64,000 nt of DNA, from NCBI GenBank assembly GCA_903813345.2, contig CAIIXF020000001.1:3782001-3846000 (forward strand), given 5' to 3'. Each line of letters starts with the position of its first letter. Position 1 is the first letter of the stretch. The notes beneath the pieces are model-generated. The model was given only the letters and a program-made list of their open reading frames with translations, searched no databases and had not been told where the DNA came from. The DNA is from Owenia fusiformis. Lineage: Eukaryota. The position numbers were made by a program, and so were the translations under genes. Positions 1 through 13,712 of the stretch are shown here, piece after piece.

Positions 1-490
1 ATCAAGGGCGATGTTTATGGGTCTAGGTCATCTCAAGGTCAAAGATCAATATCTAAATATTTGGCGTTTTAACGACTTTAGGGGCTGATGCGACCCTTAG
101 TGACCCATGATTGGGTCACCTAAGGACAAGGTCATTCCAAGGACAAACGTCAATATTTAGGTTTTTTGGCATTTGAAGACCCTGGGGCTGCAACCCTTGG
201 AAACGCATGATTTGGTGACCTGAAGTCAAGATCAAGGTCTATGGGTCAAGGTCATCTCAAGGTCAAAGGTCAGTATCTATGTATTTGGTGTTTCAAGGAC
301 CTTGAAGGATACTGTGACCCTTGTCATCTCAAGGTCAAGGGTAAATATCTAGATATTTGGCCTTTCAAGGCCTTTGGATAAGTTCACCTCAATACAAGAA
401 TCAGTCTAGGTCAAACACTCAATAAACAGGTATTTAGCATTTTATGGGGGCTGTTGCCATGTGGGGCTGTTGTGACCCTTGGTGACTTGG
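1..490. repeat. Degenerate AAGGTCAA/TGACC-rich tandem repeat, probably the internal array of a non-autonomous element
   Basis: Recurrent ggtcatctcaaggtcaaagg..tatttgg..gacccttg units at roughly 110-120 bp spacing. Confidence 0.6.
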
Positions 491-956
491 ATGGGTAGAT
501 TGCTAGAAACCCTTTGCATTCGTTTGACTTCGCTTCTCAAAAGAGAGCTTCGTCTTTACTCTTTCAGTTTCCAATAAATCTTTGAACTCAAACAGCGAAT
601 CAGAGATCGTTGTCAGATACAGAGAACTTTCTATATATGGTCATTTTCTCTGACATAATCGCATATTTATTGTGCACGCATTAAGCACTTGTTCTTCAAG
701 CTCGCTGATTGGTTGAGAATAGGTTAGTGTGGTAGGTGTGAAATGATTTAAGACCAGTGCTATCACATGCATCAATCGTGGGGGCTGCTAAACTGTAATA
801 TAGTCTATACTAGACAGAGGGTAGTTTTTAACTAGACTCTGCGTGCAGGGTAATTGCTTGTGTATATTAAAATGGAATTACTGCCTTCCTCATTAACGAG
901 GGGTCAGAAAAAACTCCTTTGATCAGCAACAGAAATATCTGTAACCATGCCATTAC

Positions 957-3900
957 CTAATTTCTTTGCCAATGCAGTCCAATCCTGGCCCTCAGATCCA
1001 CCATTTAACATCTTAGCAGCTCCTTTCACCCATGATGGCAGTTCAGGTCCTTTCGCTTCAATGTTCCCATCAGCCTCCTTTATAACTGTGTCGGGAATAA
1101 TTGGTCCTTCAGTCACTGAAATACATATGAAAGAAATATGTATAGACATATGATGTTATTAATCAGTTTCAAGTAATCAGGCAGTAGAAGTGGAATCTAT
1201 AATCAAGACACATAATCATAACCAGTTCATAAATCACACATTTCAATATCATTGTGAAGATAAATATGAGCTGCATCAATATTTCACTCCTTTCTGCCTA
1301 GTTTGAGATTGCATTTCTAAAGACTCAAGGTTTAATTACTGATAACATGTGGTTTTGAAAGATAATGGGACGTTGTTGAAGTAAACAATTATCTTGTTTA
1401 ATAGACCATCCATTTCAAATCAATCCATCAAGTAGTTGGATTGGAAGACAAGACAAAGCAGACAAGAATTTGGGAAGAAAAATCCAAAATGGCCACTTTA
1501 AAATCCACGCAACATACCAGTTTGCCCGGAAATACATTGTTAAATTATTACTTCCCTGTGTTAATGACCTCCAATCATAAGGTTCTATCTTCTATACTCT
1601 GTGTATGGACAGGCAAAGGAATAATCATCATTTTATAGCAACCAAAGAATCCTTAAACTTACCAATCGGAGAAGGTTCTGGAAACAATTTTCTATATGGT
1701 GCCGTCTTGATTCGCTTGTAATCGCAACATACAATCTTGTTTGCCAAACATTCATCCAGGTCCAAGAAATGTATACAGGAGATATCAGAGCATGAAATGC
1801 GTTTATGTTTGGTGCACTTCTTGTCACAGGTGCATTCTATGCAGGCTTTGTAAGATATCCTCCTCATCCACATTTCTTTCAGCTCAAAGAGAACACTATC
1901 TAGGAAATTTCGCACCTGTAAAATTCACCCAGAGGTCAATTACTCTAAAAATCATAAAGGTATGGATCCATCAAAAGTCAATTATTTTATTTTATTTAAA
2001 ATTGCTCCTTAAATCTGAAAATAGACAATATTCGTAACTGGCTTGTTGAGTTCATCCACAGTGTCTACCTCTTTTCATGTCATTTGATCATTCAAGCAAC
2101 TGATTTCATAGGCATATATACAATACATGGAATGTCCAATATGAAGAAATGTGATAACCAAAGATAACAAGGCATTAACATGACAAGATGTCACCACCTA
2201 ATTGCTCACAATATTATTAGTTCAATCTTAAGTCAGATTTGAATTTCTGAGATGATGATTTTGAACAAAAAATTGGTCAATTTGAAGCAAGTTTTTAACC
2301 CTGAGAAGGTCATTGAAGGTGAAATCTCAAATCTCAAGTCAGATTGAACTTCTGAGAACTTGTAGATGAATTTGAAAAAATGGTCAATTTGAAGCAAGTT
2401 GAAAAAAGACCTTTTTGACCTTGAGAAGGTCATTGAATGTCAAATCTATAGTCAGATTTGAACTTTTGAGAACTTCTAGATGATATTGAAAAAAATAGTC
2501 AATTTGAAGCAAGTCGAAAAAAAGACCTTTTTGACCTTTTTTGACCTTGAAAAGGTCAATGAAGGTAGAATCTCAAATCTAAAGTCAGATTTTAACATCT
2601 GATAACTTATAGATGATTTTGAAAAAAAAATTGGTCAATTTGAAGCAAGTTGAAAGAAGATGTTTTTTACCTTTTATACCTTTTTTAAATATATCTTAAA
2701 ATAAATCTTAAATATAAAGTCAGATTTGAACTTCTGAAAACTTGTAGATGATTGTGAAAAAAACTGAAGTCAGTCTTAACAGTATTTGTTAAATTATTGG
2801 AAGTCTTAAGAATTTGTTACAGATGCCACCCGCCGACTGCCAACCACCAACCGCCGTCACAAAAAAATAGAGAGTATAACAATATGTCACCACTTTTTGG
2901 TGGTGATATAAAAGTGAAAAAAATCAGACCAACTTAAAAGAACTCACCCTAGCACAGACTGCAGGTTCTGGTGGAGGGAAATGTCCCCCATTATCTGAAA
3001 CCTCATCAGCGTCACGCAAATCAGCAACTCGCAAAATTGTTACCTGGTAAAAAATGAAAGGACACATGAGATTCTTGATTTTGAAGTACACATAGATTAA
3101 ATCAAAACATGATTTTACCTTATTTACTCAAAGAAAAGCTAGATACAGTTTCTACATCAGTTAATCTCTTACCTTCATTCTGGCAAACTTCATTGGTTGC
3201 ATTTCTAGTACAAAGTCATGTTCAGGATCTATGAAGAACCTTGCCAGTCTGTGGTAAATCTTGGGCTCATATCCTCCACTTTCCTGTGACCATCTTACAG
3301 CACGACATAACATTCGGTGGAATAGACCATCTAAAATATGAAAAACGATATTTGTCATGTTTGATTTTTCTCAAAATATTGATATTCATTGCAGAGAAAG
3401 TGCTGTCAGATTTACCTGACAAGAGGCAAACGCGGTCACTATAAAATATTAACTACAAAATACCAGTCATCCAATGTATTCAATCGGGTCTATCATGTTT
3501 TTTGAACTGTGAGCCAGAAAGGCAAGTACCATAACCTGAACTGACCTGACTGTGATTAACATTACAAACCTGGCAGGAATCCATTAAAATCTAAGTAGAA
3601 CTCTACATCTTGCTTTCCTAGTATATACAGTGGCTCGGATTTGTCAAGTTTCTTCAGTCGAGATGGTACATAGTATGTCTTACTATGTATCTGAGATTCA
3701 TCTTTATTAGCCTGAAATGAAAGAAAAATCAAATTCAATGATGTACTCTTTCAGAAAATTAACTGGTGAATTTTTCCTAACAAGATTATTCAAACCAGGA
3801 GTTTAGGACCATTGGATGATTAACACCAGAGCTATTACATCTGATATGTTTGATATGGTGTTCAGCATCATTGAAGATTCTGCGCATGGATTTCATTTTA

Positions 3901-6900
3901 ATCAAATGCATCAACTAGGAATAGCAACTCAATTAATCTGTAAATAAAAATTGTTCAATTATTATTATTGATTATTGTTCAGTTTATTGCAAAGTCCCTC
4001 ATAAGACGGCCATTTTGAATGTTCCAAGACAGATATCATAACAATGATACGATAATTGGAATCTACTGTAAAATTCTTTTATACAACTATAAAAAAGCTA
4101 ATTACTTCATAGAACACAGAGAAATAATGAAAATCCCCATTCTCCTGGTTGACTCCCATAGACGTTTTCATAAAACATTTCTACAATTTTCAAAGTGGCA
4201 ACCATTTTTAAGAAAACATTTTTTGTGTAAAGCCATTTACCAAAATAAATCTTTTGACAGAAAAAGTGCATAGTAGTGGAGTCATTTCCAAAATGGATAG
4301 ACAGATACAGGGCTCCACTATATCCCTAACAGACTCTGTATTTTATCCCTATTGAACACAGTACTCCCTTACTATCAACTATTCAAACTTTTAACTTACA
4401 TTTTTAGGAGGAAGACGCTCACATATCAGATCAAATTTCTCCATAAGTCCAAGTAGGGCAGCTTTCTGGTCTGCCACATCTGACCATATGTCATCCACTA
4501 GGACACTCTCTAGAACACCAAACTCCTCTAGCTTCTGACAAGCCTCCAAGTGCTCTACCCACTGCAATGTTAGGCATTCAATAGATTATTGTCACACGAA
4601 ACCAAGCAGGCATTGTCACATTTTATCAATTGAACCAGAATCATTGGAAAGATAGTATTACCATAGGGTAATTTGTAAAACTATACTATATTGTATAAGC
4701 TATTTGGGTATTTCTGGTCAGATTTGCCTGGTTTTAGACTAGCCAAGCATTGGTGTATGTTAGATATTTTATTTTGTAGTCACTAATGGTTTTCTCAAAG
4801 TACCAATTCTGTAGAGTCTATTCTCTCTTTTAGTTTTACCATGCAATTTGAATAAAATTCACTGCTAAGTAGATTTCTAAAGTGATCTAACCTGATGTTC
4901 CATTGGTTTGACAGTAATCACTTTCCTGAACATATTCACGAGCCATTGTGGTTTCAGAATAACTGTGTTACGTAACGTGTTGTCAAGAGCGCCGCAACTA
5001 TTACCATAGTATATTATCTGGCCTAGATCGTGATAGAATTCTAACAGTGTCTTCAGTTCTTGGTCCGTAGTAATACCTTCCTCCTGGGCCACTTCCCCAA
5101 TCTAAAGACAATATATAGAAGAACAATAGTTAATGGGTTATTGCAGATAGAAATAATTTTTAAATGAAGATGGTGGAGCAATGCATCATTTCACCACCAT
5201 TGCCATCTTTATACCGGCTTAAAACATATAAGTACACTGTATATAGGAAACTGAACTATTCAAAATAGAACAAGAATAATCAAAACATGTATGGGATCAA
5301 ATTTTAATACAGCTTTCACATGGTATATAATGGTATGTCTAATTCAATTCATCAATATTCATACCTGATCAAGAGAGACAAAATATGTTCCCTCCTCCAC
5401 CAGTTTTGCTACAGCCTGTTCAAAGCGCAGCCATTTGTTGGGGATCTGTTCGCCCATATATGGTTGCTTGCTAGCTATGTCCTCAAGATGGCATCGCAAT
5501 TCTAACACCTACAGTTATAATTTTATTGTTATCTGAGAGGAAAGTGGAAGATAAAAATGGACACAGTGAGTGTTCAGTTGGCTCACATAGTGATTCCTAT
5601 ATACTAAATGTAAATCCTTTTCTACAAGTAAGTCTTTTGAGTTTCATTATTTTTTGTCTTATTTTGGTGACCATTTTAAAAAAATAGTTCAAGTTGCAAA
5701 GGTAATTTTTAGTATTTTTAGTTTTGTTTAGGTTGTATCTGAAATGAGCTTACCTGTGAATCTTCAGTGTCTAGACTGTTCTCTACTGAGTAACATGTGC
5801 CGATTATATGACACTGGTGAGGTTTATTCTCAAACACTTCCTGTATACGACGGAATTTATGATCAATCTAAAAATAATGACAAAAAAAAAATGTAGAAGA
5901 AAATTTAAAACTGTTAATAACAATATTTTGTATTGCTGTACTCTGGCTTTTTTAATATTACAATTATGCTAATAATAGATTTCTTCAATTATCACTTTTA
6001 CGGTGAATATAATGAAGGACTGCTTCTTCCATATAATGCCTTCTATTTAGCATAGTTACCACTTTGTGTCATTAATTAATCAACATGATAGGCTAGAAAT
6101 ATATCTTTGAAAAATGTAAGATTCCGGAAAAGGGAACAATTTTGGAATGGTTCGGAACAGAGTGACTGCCTATGTTAGATAACTTTAAAATCTATGAGTC
6201 GCATTTAAAAACAAAAACCATTTGGCCATTTTATTTAAAAAGAATCTAGAACTTCTTTCAGTGCAAAAATTGAAACAAAAATGCTGTAATGTGACTATTT
6301 GGCCAAAAGCTGTGAAAAGGTAAGATTTCTTTGTTGAGGAACTGAACAGAAATGTTGTTTTATGTTCCACATTCCAACTAGAGAGCCTATTTGTGCAGGT
6401 CAAACCAAAATCAGGTATTCATTAGACCTCTAGTAAAAATGTTAGCTTTCAAGAAGACTCTAGATTAAATATCAAACATTCAAAATTTGAAGATCTAGGA
6501 CCTCTTGCCAATCACTACATGTAAATCAAAGGTATCTTGTAATTTATTTTAGATTAGATTTTTTTTAACACTCACTAATTTTTTCCTGATTTCTGGGTCA
6601 GGATCAAGACTGTTTCTGTGCGTGCCAACTATAAATATAGGTGGCGATAAGGTAGTATTATCAATGCTGTTTCGTGTATTCTGTGCGGCATGCGCATGTA
6701 TGGAACACACCCAATGCTCAATGTAGTCTAAGTTAGTCAGTTCAGAGACATCCCATTCAATCTGAAATGACAAGAATAAGGCTACATCATAAAAATGTTA
6801 ACATGGTTACAAAACAATATTCATTGAAGCAGGTTTTTTCTAGGTGTGATCACTTCCAAGCCACGATTGACCATTCATTAGTGATAGTACCTCAATGAAA

Positions 6901-9900
6901 TCATGTACGTTTTAAACCATTGTCAGTATCTACAAAATTTTAAAGAAAATAAATAAAGACCACAGTGCAGTCTTATAATAATGCATTACATACGATGATT
7001 ACAAATGTCATCAAAATAACAAAATTCAACGAGGTGAAACTACTTCCACAAAGCCTCAAAACTTTTCCATCCCTCTGTTTGTCAAAATTTTGTGAACAAA
7101 ACCTGGCTTACCGAAATGTAATCTCCACTTAAAGTTGATATTTTACACAGTACTTAGTTTCTTACCTCCTGACTATTTTCTGATTTGGCTCTTGGTTTAG
7201 CTAATTCATCTAGGTCATTGCAGAGATTAAACACTATAATATAAACCGCCCTAGATGATAGAAACACTTGATGGGTCGTATAGTACACAGCTTGGCCGGC
7301 AAAATCCCATATATTTAATTTAATATTATGACTAGGGTTACGTGAACTAGCACTGCTTGGAGCAGATGCAGAGTTTTTTCTTGGGTTATTCTCTCGTTCT
7401 TTCCACATCTGTTGCACCAGAGTAACTACTCCCTCTGGCATCTCCTTTAACAGTTCATTACTAGGAATGTCATCTGAATGCAATGGAACATTGTGGCTTA
7501 TGCTCTCCTTTTTCTCTAATTTTCTCTGTAATAAATAAACATGTTTTACATAAAAGCTGCAAGAATGGTTGAGAATCAATTAAAAGACTCATGTAGATTT
7601 TAAGGCTTTCTTAAAGTTACAAAACAGACAGATTTCTCCGTTATGAAGGTCTGGGATTAAGGATGTAAATTACCCCTATAACACTGTATAAAATGGATCA
7701 ACATTGATTCAGATGGACATATGGACGAAAAACTCAGTGATTTACAATAATGTTGACATTGAATAGCTTTTTCCTCTAGCTTCATTTAAGACAGGATTGA
7801 ATTTTGAGGGTAGTTGAACCCTCAGATCTTTTGTTGTATACTTGTTGTACCTTAGTTGTTGCACTGGTACGTCCACTGTGGCTACTCCTAGACTCCCTCC
7901 TCCCTGTATTGTGCTGTACTTCACCCTGGGCTTTCAAATGCTGTTTTTCCTTCTCTCTCTCCTTTTTCTTGTACAGCAGTTCCTGTACTATGTTTGTGGC
8001 TATAGCTCTGTGGTACTCCTCTTCCAGAGCTTCAGCAGTACCTACAATATATTGATCAAATACCAATAGGGCGTGGCTAATGGCTATAGCTCTGTGGTAC
8101 TCCTCCTCCAGAGCTTCAGCAGTACCAATAAATATATTGTTCAAATACCAATAGGACATGGCTAGAACTCTGTGGTACTCCTCGTCTTCTTATGCATTGC
8201 AGACTAAGCTTTACATATCAAACCATAATATATAGAGTATTTGACTGAGAAAAGTGGTGTTTGATAAATGAATTGAAACCTTTGTTAGAATTGAATTATA
8301 CAATTGATTTTTTGCTTACCATTCCCTTCTGTGAGGACATCTTGGGGACTTGTTTCTTTAGACTCGGTGTCACCAGGGGTATTAATAGCAATCTGCCATT
8401 TAGAACGATCACGCAGGTTGAAACTACAGGACGATGACAAGTCAATGCCGTCTGTTCTCTCCTCTAATACATTGTATCTGAAATTATACCAAAAGGTGTA
8501 TAAACTCTAATTGAAATGAACTAATACATAGGGGCTCAGAGAGGTAAAATGGTTATTAGATTTCCAATGATATGTGATGTAATTTTAATTCTCAAGTTCT
8601 TATGAAAATTCATTCTGTCTGTTTTATATATTTCAATTGTACGGTCATGTTATAACTAAACAAAACTATAACAAATAAGATATGGGCTCAACAATATTGA
8701 ACCCTTGTACAGAATATCAATATGGGTTAATAGATACAAGGCAATATAATGATGATTGTGAAGTATGTTGTTACCAATAAAAGACTTTACAGACAAGGTG
8801 TTAGTACAAAAATCCAAAAGAACACCTTAAAATTTACCCCGCATAATTTACATATCCCTGAGAATTTCAAGTTTCATGTAATCTCTCAAACTATCCCTGG
8901 AAAACTATAACAATATGTATTTTGGACCCTCATCACCCCTCTGTCAAATTGATCACAATATATTTCACAGGGTTTGTGATAAAGATGATTATGTTAATGT
9001 ACAGACCACCATATTATATCAAATGTCACAGCATTGATTTTTTCATACATTTTTGATATAACAACCAGATAGTTAGTCGTACAGTATTATGCGTAAGTAA
9101 TGTGACAGTGTTTACATTTCTTATGAACAAACCTTTTAGCATTGAAGTATGCTACTAGATGTGTATACACAAACAGATATAAATAATAGAGATATAACAT
9201 TGATTTATTAAAAGGTCTATAGATTTACCAAGTAATTAGAGTAGGTCAGCTTAACCTCTTGCTTACTAGAGCACATTGCTTCATAATATCTCCATTGATA
9301 TGTCAGAATTAGTATTTTTACAAATAATATGTATGTATCAGAAACAAGTCAAATTCTTTACTTCAGAGAATATTTTTAATTTATTGAGACTTTCGACTAA
9401 TATCCCTTAGTCTTTTTCAAAATATAACAGCATTTTGAAAAAGAGTAAGGGATATTAGTCGAAAGTCTCAATAAATTAAAAATATTCTCTGAAGTAAAGA
9501 ATTTGACTTGTTTCTGATATATTAACCAGAGAGATGAACTTACATAGAAATATGTATGTAATAAGTGAAACATAAAACGCCTCAAACTTACTTTTGCCCA
9601 GTTAAGGCTTTTTTCAAACTGGTTTTGCCGACACGGTCTTGTCCTACAATCATCAGCCTCGTTTTGAAATTTGGTTGCGTGCCACTCTCGCAAGCTGTAT
9701 GGTAGGCATGGAGGGCATCGGGTCCACGAGCAAGGATTTCAACAGGGGCTTCCTCTTCAAATGAAATAAATGATGATTAAAATGACATGCATTGTAAAAC
9801 AAAAAAAATGCAACCCAAAGAAATCGCTATATCTTGAAAAATACTGGTTCAGTTATGTTCATATTTTCAGGAAATAAAGAAGAGACTGTGTATGTATAGC

Positions 9901-10873
9901 TCCTGTAAATGTTTAGTTGTAAAACATGATGCCTTGGACACACAAATTTATATTTCAAATAAAATACATAAAATCATATCATAACAAAGCAATAACATGC
10001 AAAATGTCACCACCTGCCATTTGTTACAGATGGCGAATGCGGGAATCCGGGATATATAAAATCAAAATTACACTGGACTAAATCATAACTTTTGAATATA
10101 ATTTGATACTTAATAGTTATGAGCACAGCCATTGAATATCTCTTATTTTCTAGTCATGTGTAGAACATCATAAACCAATCAGAGAGTGAGAAATAAATAT
10201 GATGGTGATATAATAAAAGGGGTTAATCTTTCAATTCGACTTTTTGCAATTTTAAGAGTAAAATAATCAAGGTAAAAATGTCACCATCTGGTAAGTGAAT
10301 GTTCTATGGTCAACTGCTACATATGTAACAAAAATGTAGGGAGACCTTACTGGAGGCCAGCAAAATTAGAATATGAATTTGTGAGATCTTACCTGCCGGG
10401 ACGAATCTAGCAAAGCTAGTATTGCCGTAAACATCAAAGAGAAGCCAAAGGGGATTGTTTGTAGGAATGTGATTGAGGAATAATCCTTTATGTGCATTAT
10501 TGATGAAGTAATGCATCTGACCATTGGAGTCGACGTAAAATGTAATTCTGTTCCCCGCTTCAGCATAATGTTCGCTTAATGCGCGTGCCCAGTTACCCTT
10601 CTGATTGGTCAGTTCTGGACATGCATAGCGGGGAAGTTCCTTTGTTGAGAGTTTGGACGGATCATTGGTGGTTACACCTAATCTTATGGCACCACTCCAT
10701 TCTATAACATGGCCCACTTCAATACATATCTTTTTACCAATTTTAATTGGTTCGGAGCTGAATGCAATTCCATTGCAAAAGTCTCCAACTCGAGTTGCAG
10801 TGCTTGTATTTTCAGACAATACAATAGCTGAGCCATGACATTTATGGAAATGCATGGTAGTCATGGATACCAT
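957..10873 (-). CDS. Roco-family GTPase: Neuralized (NHR) domain + Roc + COR + Cys/His-rich segment + start of a death domain; 3' partial (continues past position 1)
   Basis: 15 coding exons joined in frame by GT-AG introns: 10873-10393, 9754-9592, 8477-8320, 8041-7851, 7525-7166, 6761-6576, 5867-5754, 5508-5365, 5101-4892, 4561-4400, 3711-3570, 3330-3173, 3043-2948, 1915-1663, 1115-957 (~992 aa). NHR motifs FHKCHG..FCNGIAFS..WSGAIRLGVT..LWLLFDVYG. P-loop RLMIVGQDRVGKTS, switch T in ERTDGID, G3 IWDFAGQAVYYTTHQ, G4 IVGTHRN. COR motifs IPTKWL, LEFYHDLGQIIY, VILKPQWL, LMEKFDL. Death-domain-like DWTALAKKLG. Confidence 0.9.
2166..2911 (+). mobile_element. Helentron/HINE-like non-autonomous element, family A, with internal ~120-130 bp tandem units
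   Basis: Starts aacaaggcattaacatgacaa.atgtcaccacc and ends in the hairpin tgtcaccactttttggtggtga. The same ends occur at 58351 and 60634. Confidence 0.75.
9336..9519. repeat. Near-perfect 184-bp palindrome (74-bp perfect arms plus inner stem)
   Basis: 9336-9409 is the exact reverse complement of 9446-9519. The spacer contains a further ctttttcaaaat/attttgaaaaag stem. Confidence 0.9.
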
Positions 10874-11619
10874 GACTCATGAGAATTTCCCCATCGTAAA
10901 CCAATGAGGACCTCTATCTTTGAAGGGCCACATCACAACCTGGAAAAATATGAAATTAATATTAAACTGATCACAATGGTATAGTCTTGGGTATGATATA
11001 CTCTGGACAGACAGATAGTGGGCTTTGTTATACCACCACTTTGTTGAGATAATAAAGGCATACTTATACAATCTCTATTCAAATTTTTGGAGGTGTGATC
11101 CAAATCAGAAAATTGGAAAATGGACACATTTATTTGAAATTTACATTAGATGGTTATGTTAGCATGATCAATACGAGAGTATCTACAAGCTTAAATTGCA
11201 TAGCATGTGAGAAATATTGGAAACCTAGAAACAATGACAAGTGGAAATTCAATAGATGATGAATTTACTAAATATACTGTATTATACAAGATTTTACTTA
11301 ACCCAGGGTCCTCACCTTGAATTTTTATTGAACACATTTTCAATGAAATGACCAAATATTTCATGTTACTACATCACCAAATAACAAGCTATAATTTGAT
11401 CAAATCTAAAAGCTAAAGATTGAATCTTTTTTGTGAGTCAATCAAACCTACCCCCCCCCCTCCATACACCCATCACCCACCCTCAGCTTATACTAATTAA
11501 GAAAAACAATGATTTCTTGAACAAGATTATATATAGTGTAAAATTATAGAGTAAAAACCTCTCAAATCCACCACTGTGACCGCCCAAGTGTTTGGATCAG
11601 CAGGTCAACGCAGGTTAAA

Positions 11620-11860
11620 GTTCGCATTTTTGAATTTAAAGGATAGGTATCGATATGGTGAACTGAATTCAACAATGTTTTTCTCTTAAACCAATTATTG
11701 AAAACATTCTGTAAAAAACAAAGTCCGTTTTATGACCATTAAATTGACGATGTGTAAAATTTTCAGAATGTTTTGATGACTGGTTTAAGAGAAACGCGTG
11801 TTCAAAAAGTTACCATATCGATACCACTCCTTTGCAATCACGACAACTGCGACATGTAAA
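11620..11860. mobile_element. Degenerate palindromic MITE-like element
   Basis: ggtatcgatatggt..tttctcttaaacca..aaaacattctg pairs with cagaatgtttt..tggtttaagagaaa..accatatcgatacc. Confidence 0.55.
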
Positions 11861-11929
11861 ATGTGGTGATCTAACATTTGCTATATTTGTGCATTCTATT
11901 CTTAAGAGTCTAAGCCTAGGTGTATATAG

Positions 11930-12704
11930 TAGGTGTCAAATGGTTTGAGATTTCACGGTTTGATTCAGCGAATGTATTTTGTAGTTCGTTTCGATTCTGA
12001 CTGCAGTTCTAACAACAAGCTCTGTGAAATGAGCGAACAAATATGAAATTGATCTATGAATCAGACAACATACTGAGTTTTTCACAGTGTTTTATTGTGA
12101 TTTAAAGTGAACGATCATAACTCTTTACTATATCTCGTATCTGTCTAATGTTTGTTGATCTGCTTGCTCAATGTTCTTGTTTTTTCAACAGATAAAATAA
12201 CTTTTTAGCAAACTTTGTAAAGTACTTCACTAAATGAATCCATATTTTCTTCAGAAATATAAGTTTATCCATTTTGTCAGAGGAAAACATGGACCAAGGG
12301 AAACTTTATACCGATACGAGAATATACAAAGTTCACAAATTCAATATATTTGGTATTCGGCTTCATACCATACCGAATTAACTTCTGGGTCAATATGCCG
12401 ACGAATTATCAACATTATCTGATTATAATGTTTTTGAGATTTGCCACCTATATCAGACTAACATCCTAAATAAAAATATCAGGTATGGTCCGCTAATTGT
12501 ATGATGAATAACGATCCCAGACGATGTTTTGTTCGATTGGTATTATATGAAAGTTTGAAATTGGGTTTAAATCTGAGTTCACATTTTTATTTTTCTGATA
12601 TTGTGAAAAAATTTCACAGTGGTTTTCAAGATTGTGTGTGAGCTAACCGTTGTAGGGGTTCGAACCGCAGTAACCGCGGGCCACAGTTAACCGTCTGACT
12701 CCTA
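11930..12704. mobile_element. hAT-like MITE
   Basis: TIR taggtgtcaaatggtt / aaccgtctgactccta; 8-bp TSD gtatatag / gtatctag; subterminal aaccg motifs. Confidence 0.7.
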
Positions 12705-13712
12705 GTATCTAGGCAATTACATTTTGGAAGGAACACTCTTATTCATTTTGAAAAACCATTGCTTTTCTCTTAGTCCAGCACTATAGTCTCAGATTGAAGT
12801 AAAAAACTTTAAGTTCAAATTCAGAATTTCTGTTATTTCAAGGTATACTGTAACATGCAACCGACAAGATGGTTGAAAAAAACATTTTCTCAGGGTTTAA
12901 AGTCGATTTCATGGTTTAAAACCTTCTCTGGTGATTCTATTTTCGAACTATGCATGGAAGTCCATTCAAAGTCGCCTATTGAACCTTGAAAGCAATGTTT
13001 AGACTGAGGATTGAAAGGTCTTCACGACAACTTTCCACTCATCTTTTTACGACAGACTGGAAGTGAATTTTCGAGTCGAGTAAATGGTGATAAATTAATG
13101 TTCATTTTTATGAAGCAGGGAAGTCAAAACATTACTTATAGGAATCATAGTACGCATTAGAAGATCATTTGGAAGCATTTAAAATCGAATCTACGGCAAA
13201 ATCTGAATAATTGAAATATTCACACACGGACGTCACAGAACGCACTTTTATAATCAATGATTTTATCAATCAAAAAGTATTTCTATGAATTTATCCGATA
13301 TCTGCTGAAATATGGTATGTATAATTGTATTGATTGTTAAAATACAAAATAAGTACAAGGGTAAAGAATATGTAAAAGTCGTTTGATCTTGTCCCAGTAG
13401 TTATTTTTATCGACTAAAATTCCTTTCATTGATAATGACATTCAGTGGCCTGTAAAGAAGATCAAGTAAGAAGCTCAAGAAAACCGAACCTTTCTCATCT
13501 GCTCTTTTCTCTTTTTCAAGTTGTACTCCGAAAAAATCTACAGCATATTTTACATATGTAGCCCTGTGTTTACACTTACAGTTTTACACAGTCTAAATAA
13601 ATTCCATCCTTGATGGTAAAAGGTATAGACTGTGGACCCTGTACATCGTTGAATAACATGTTTGAGATAAGTCATAAATTGTTCTTATAAAAAACAAATA
13701 AATGGAGCTTAC

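Noticed and set aside
9397-9693. 98-aa ORF over the Roco second coding exon
   Set aside because: Wrong frame; the P-loop GQDRVGKTS is in another frame that splices consistently with the neighbouring exons.
10877-10879. Selenocysteine recoding of the in-frame TGA
   Set aside because: No redox motif context, and the gene's 3' UTR (where a SECIS would be) is outside the window; unsupported.
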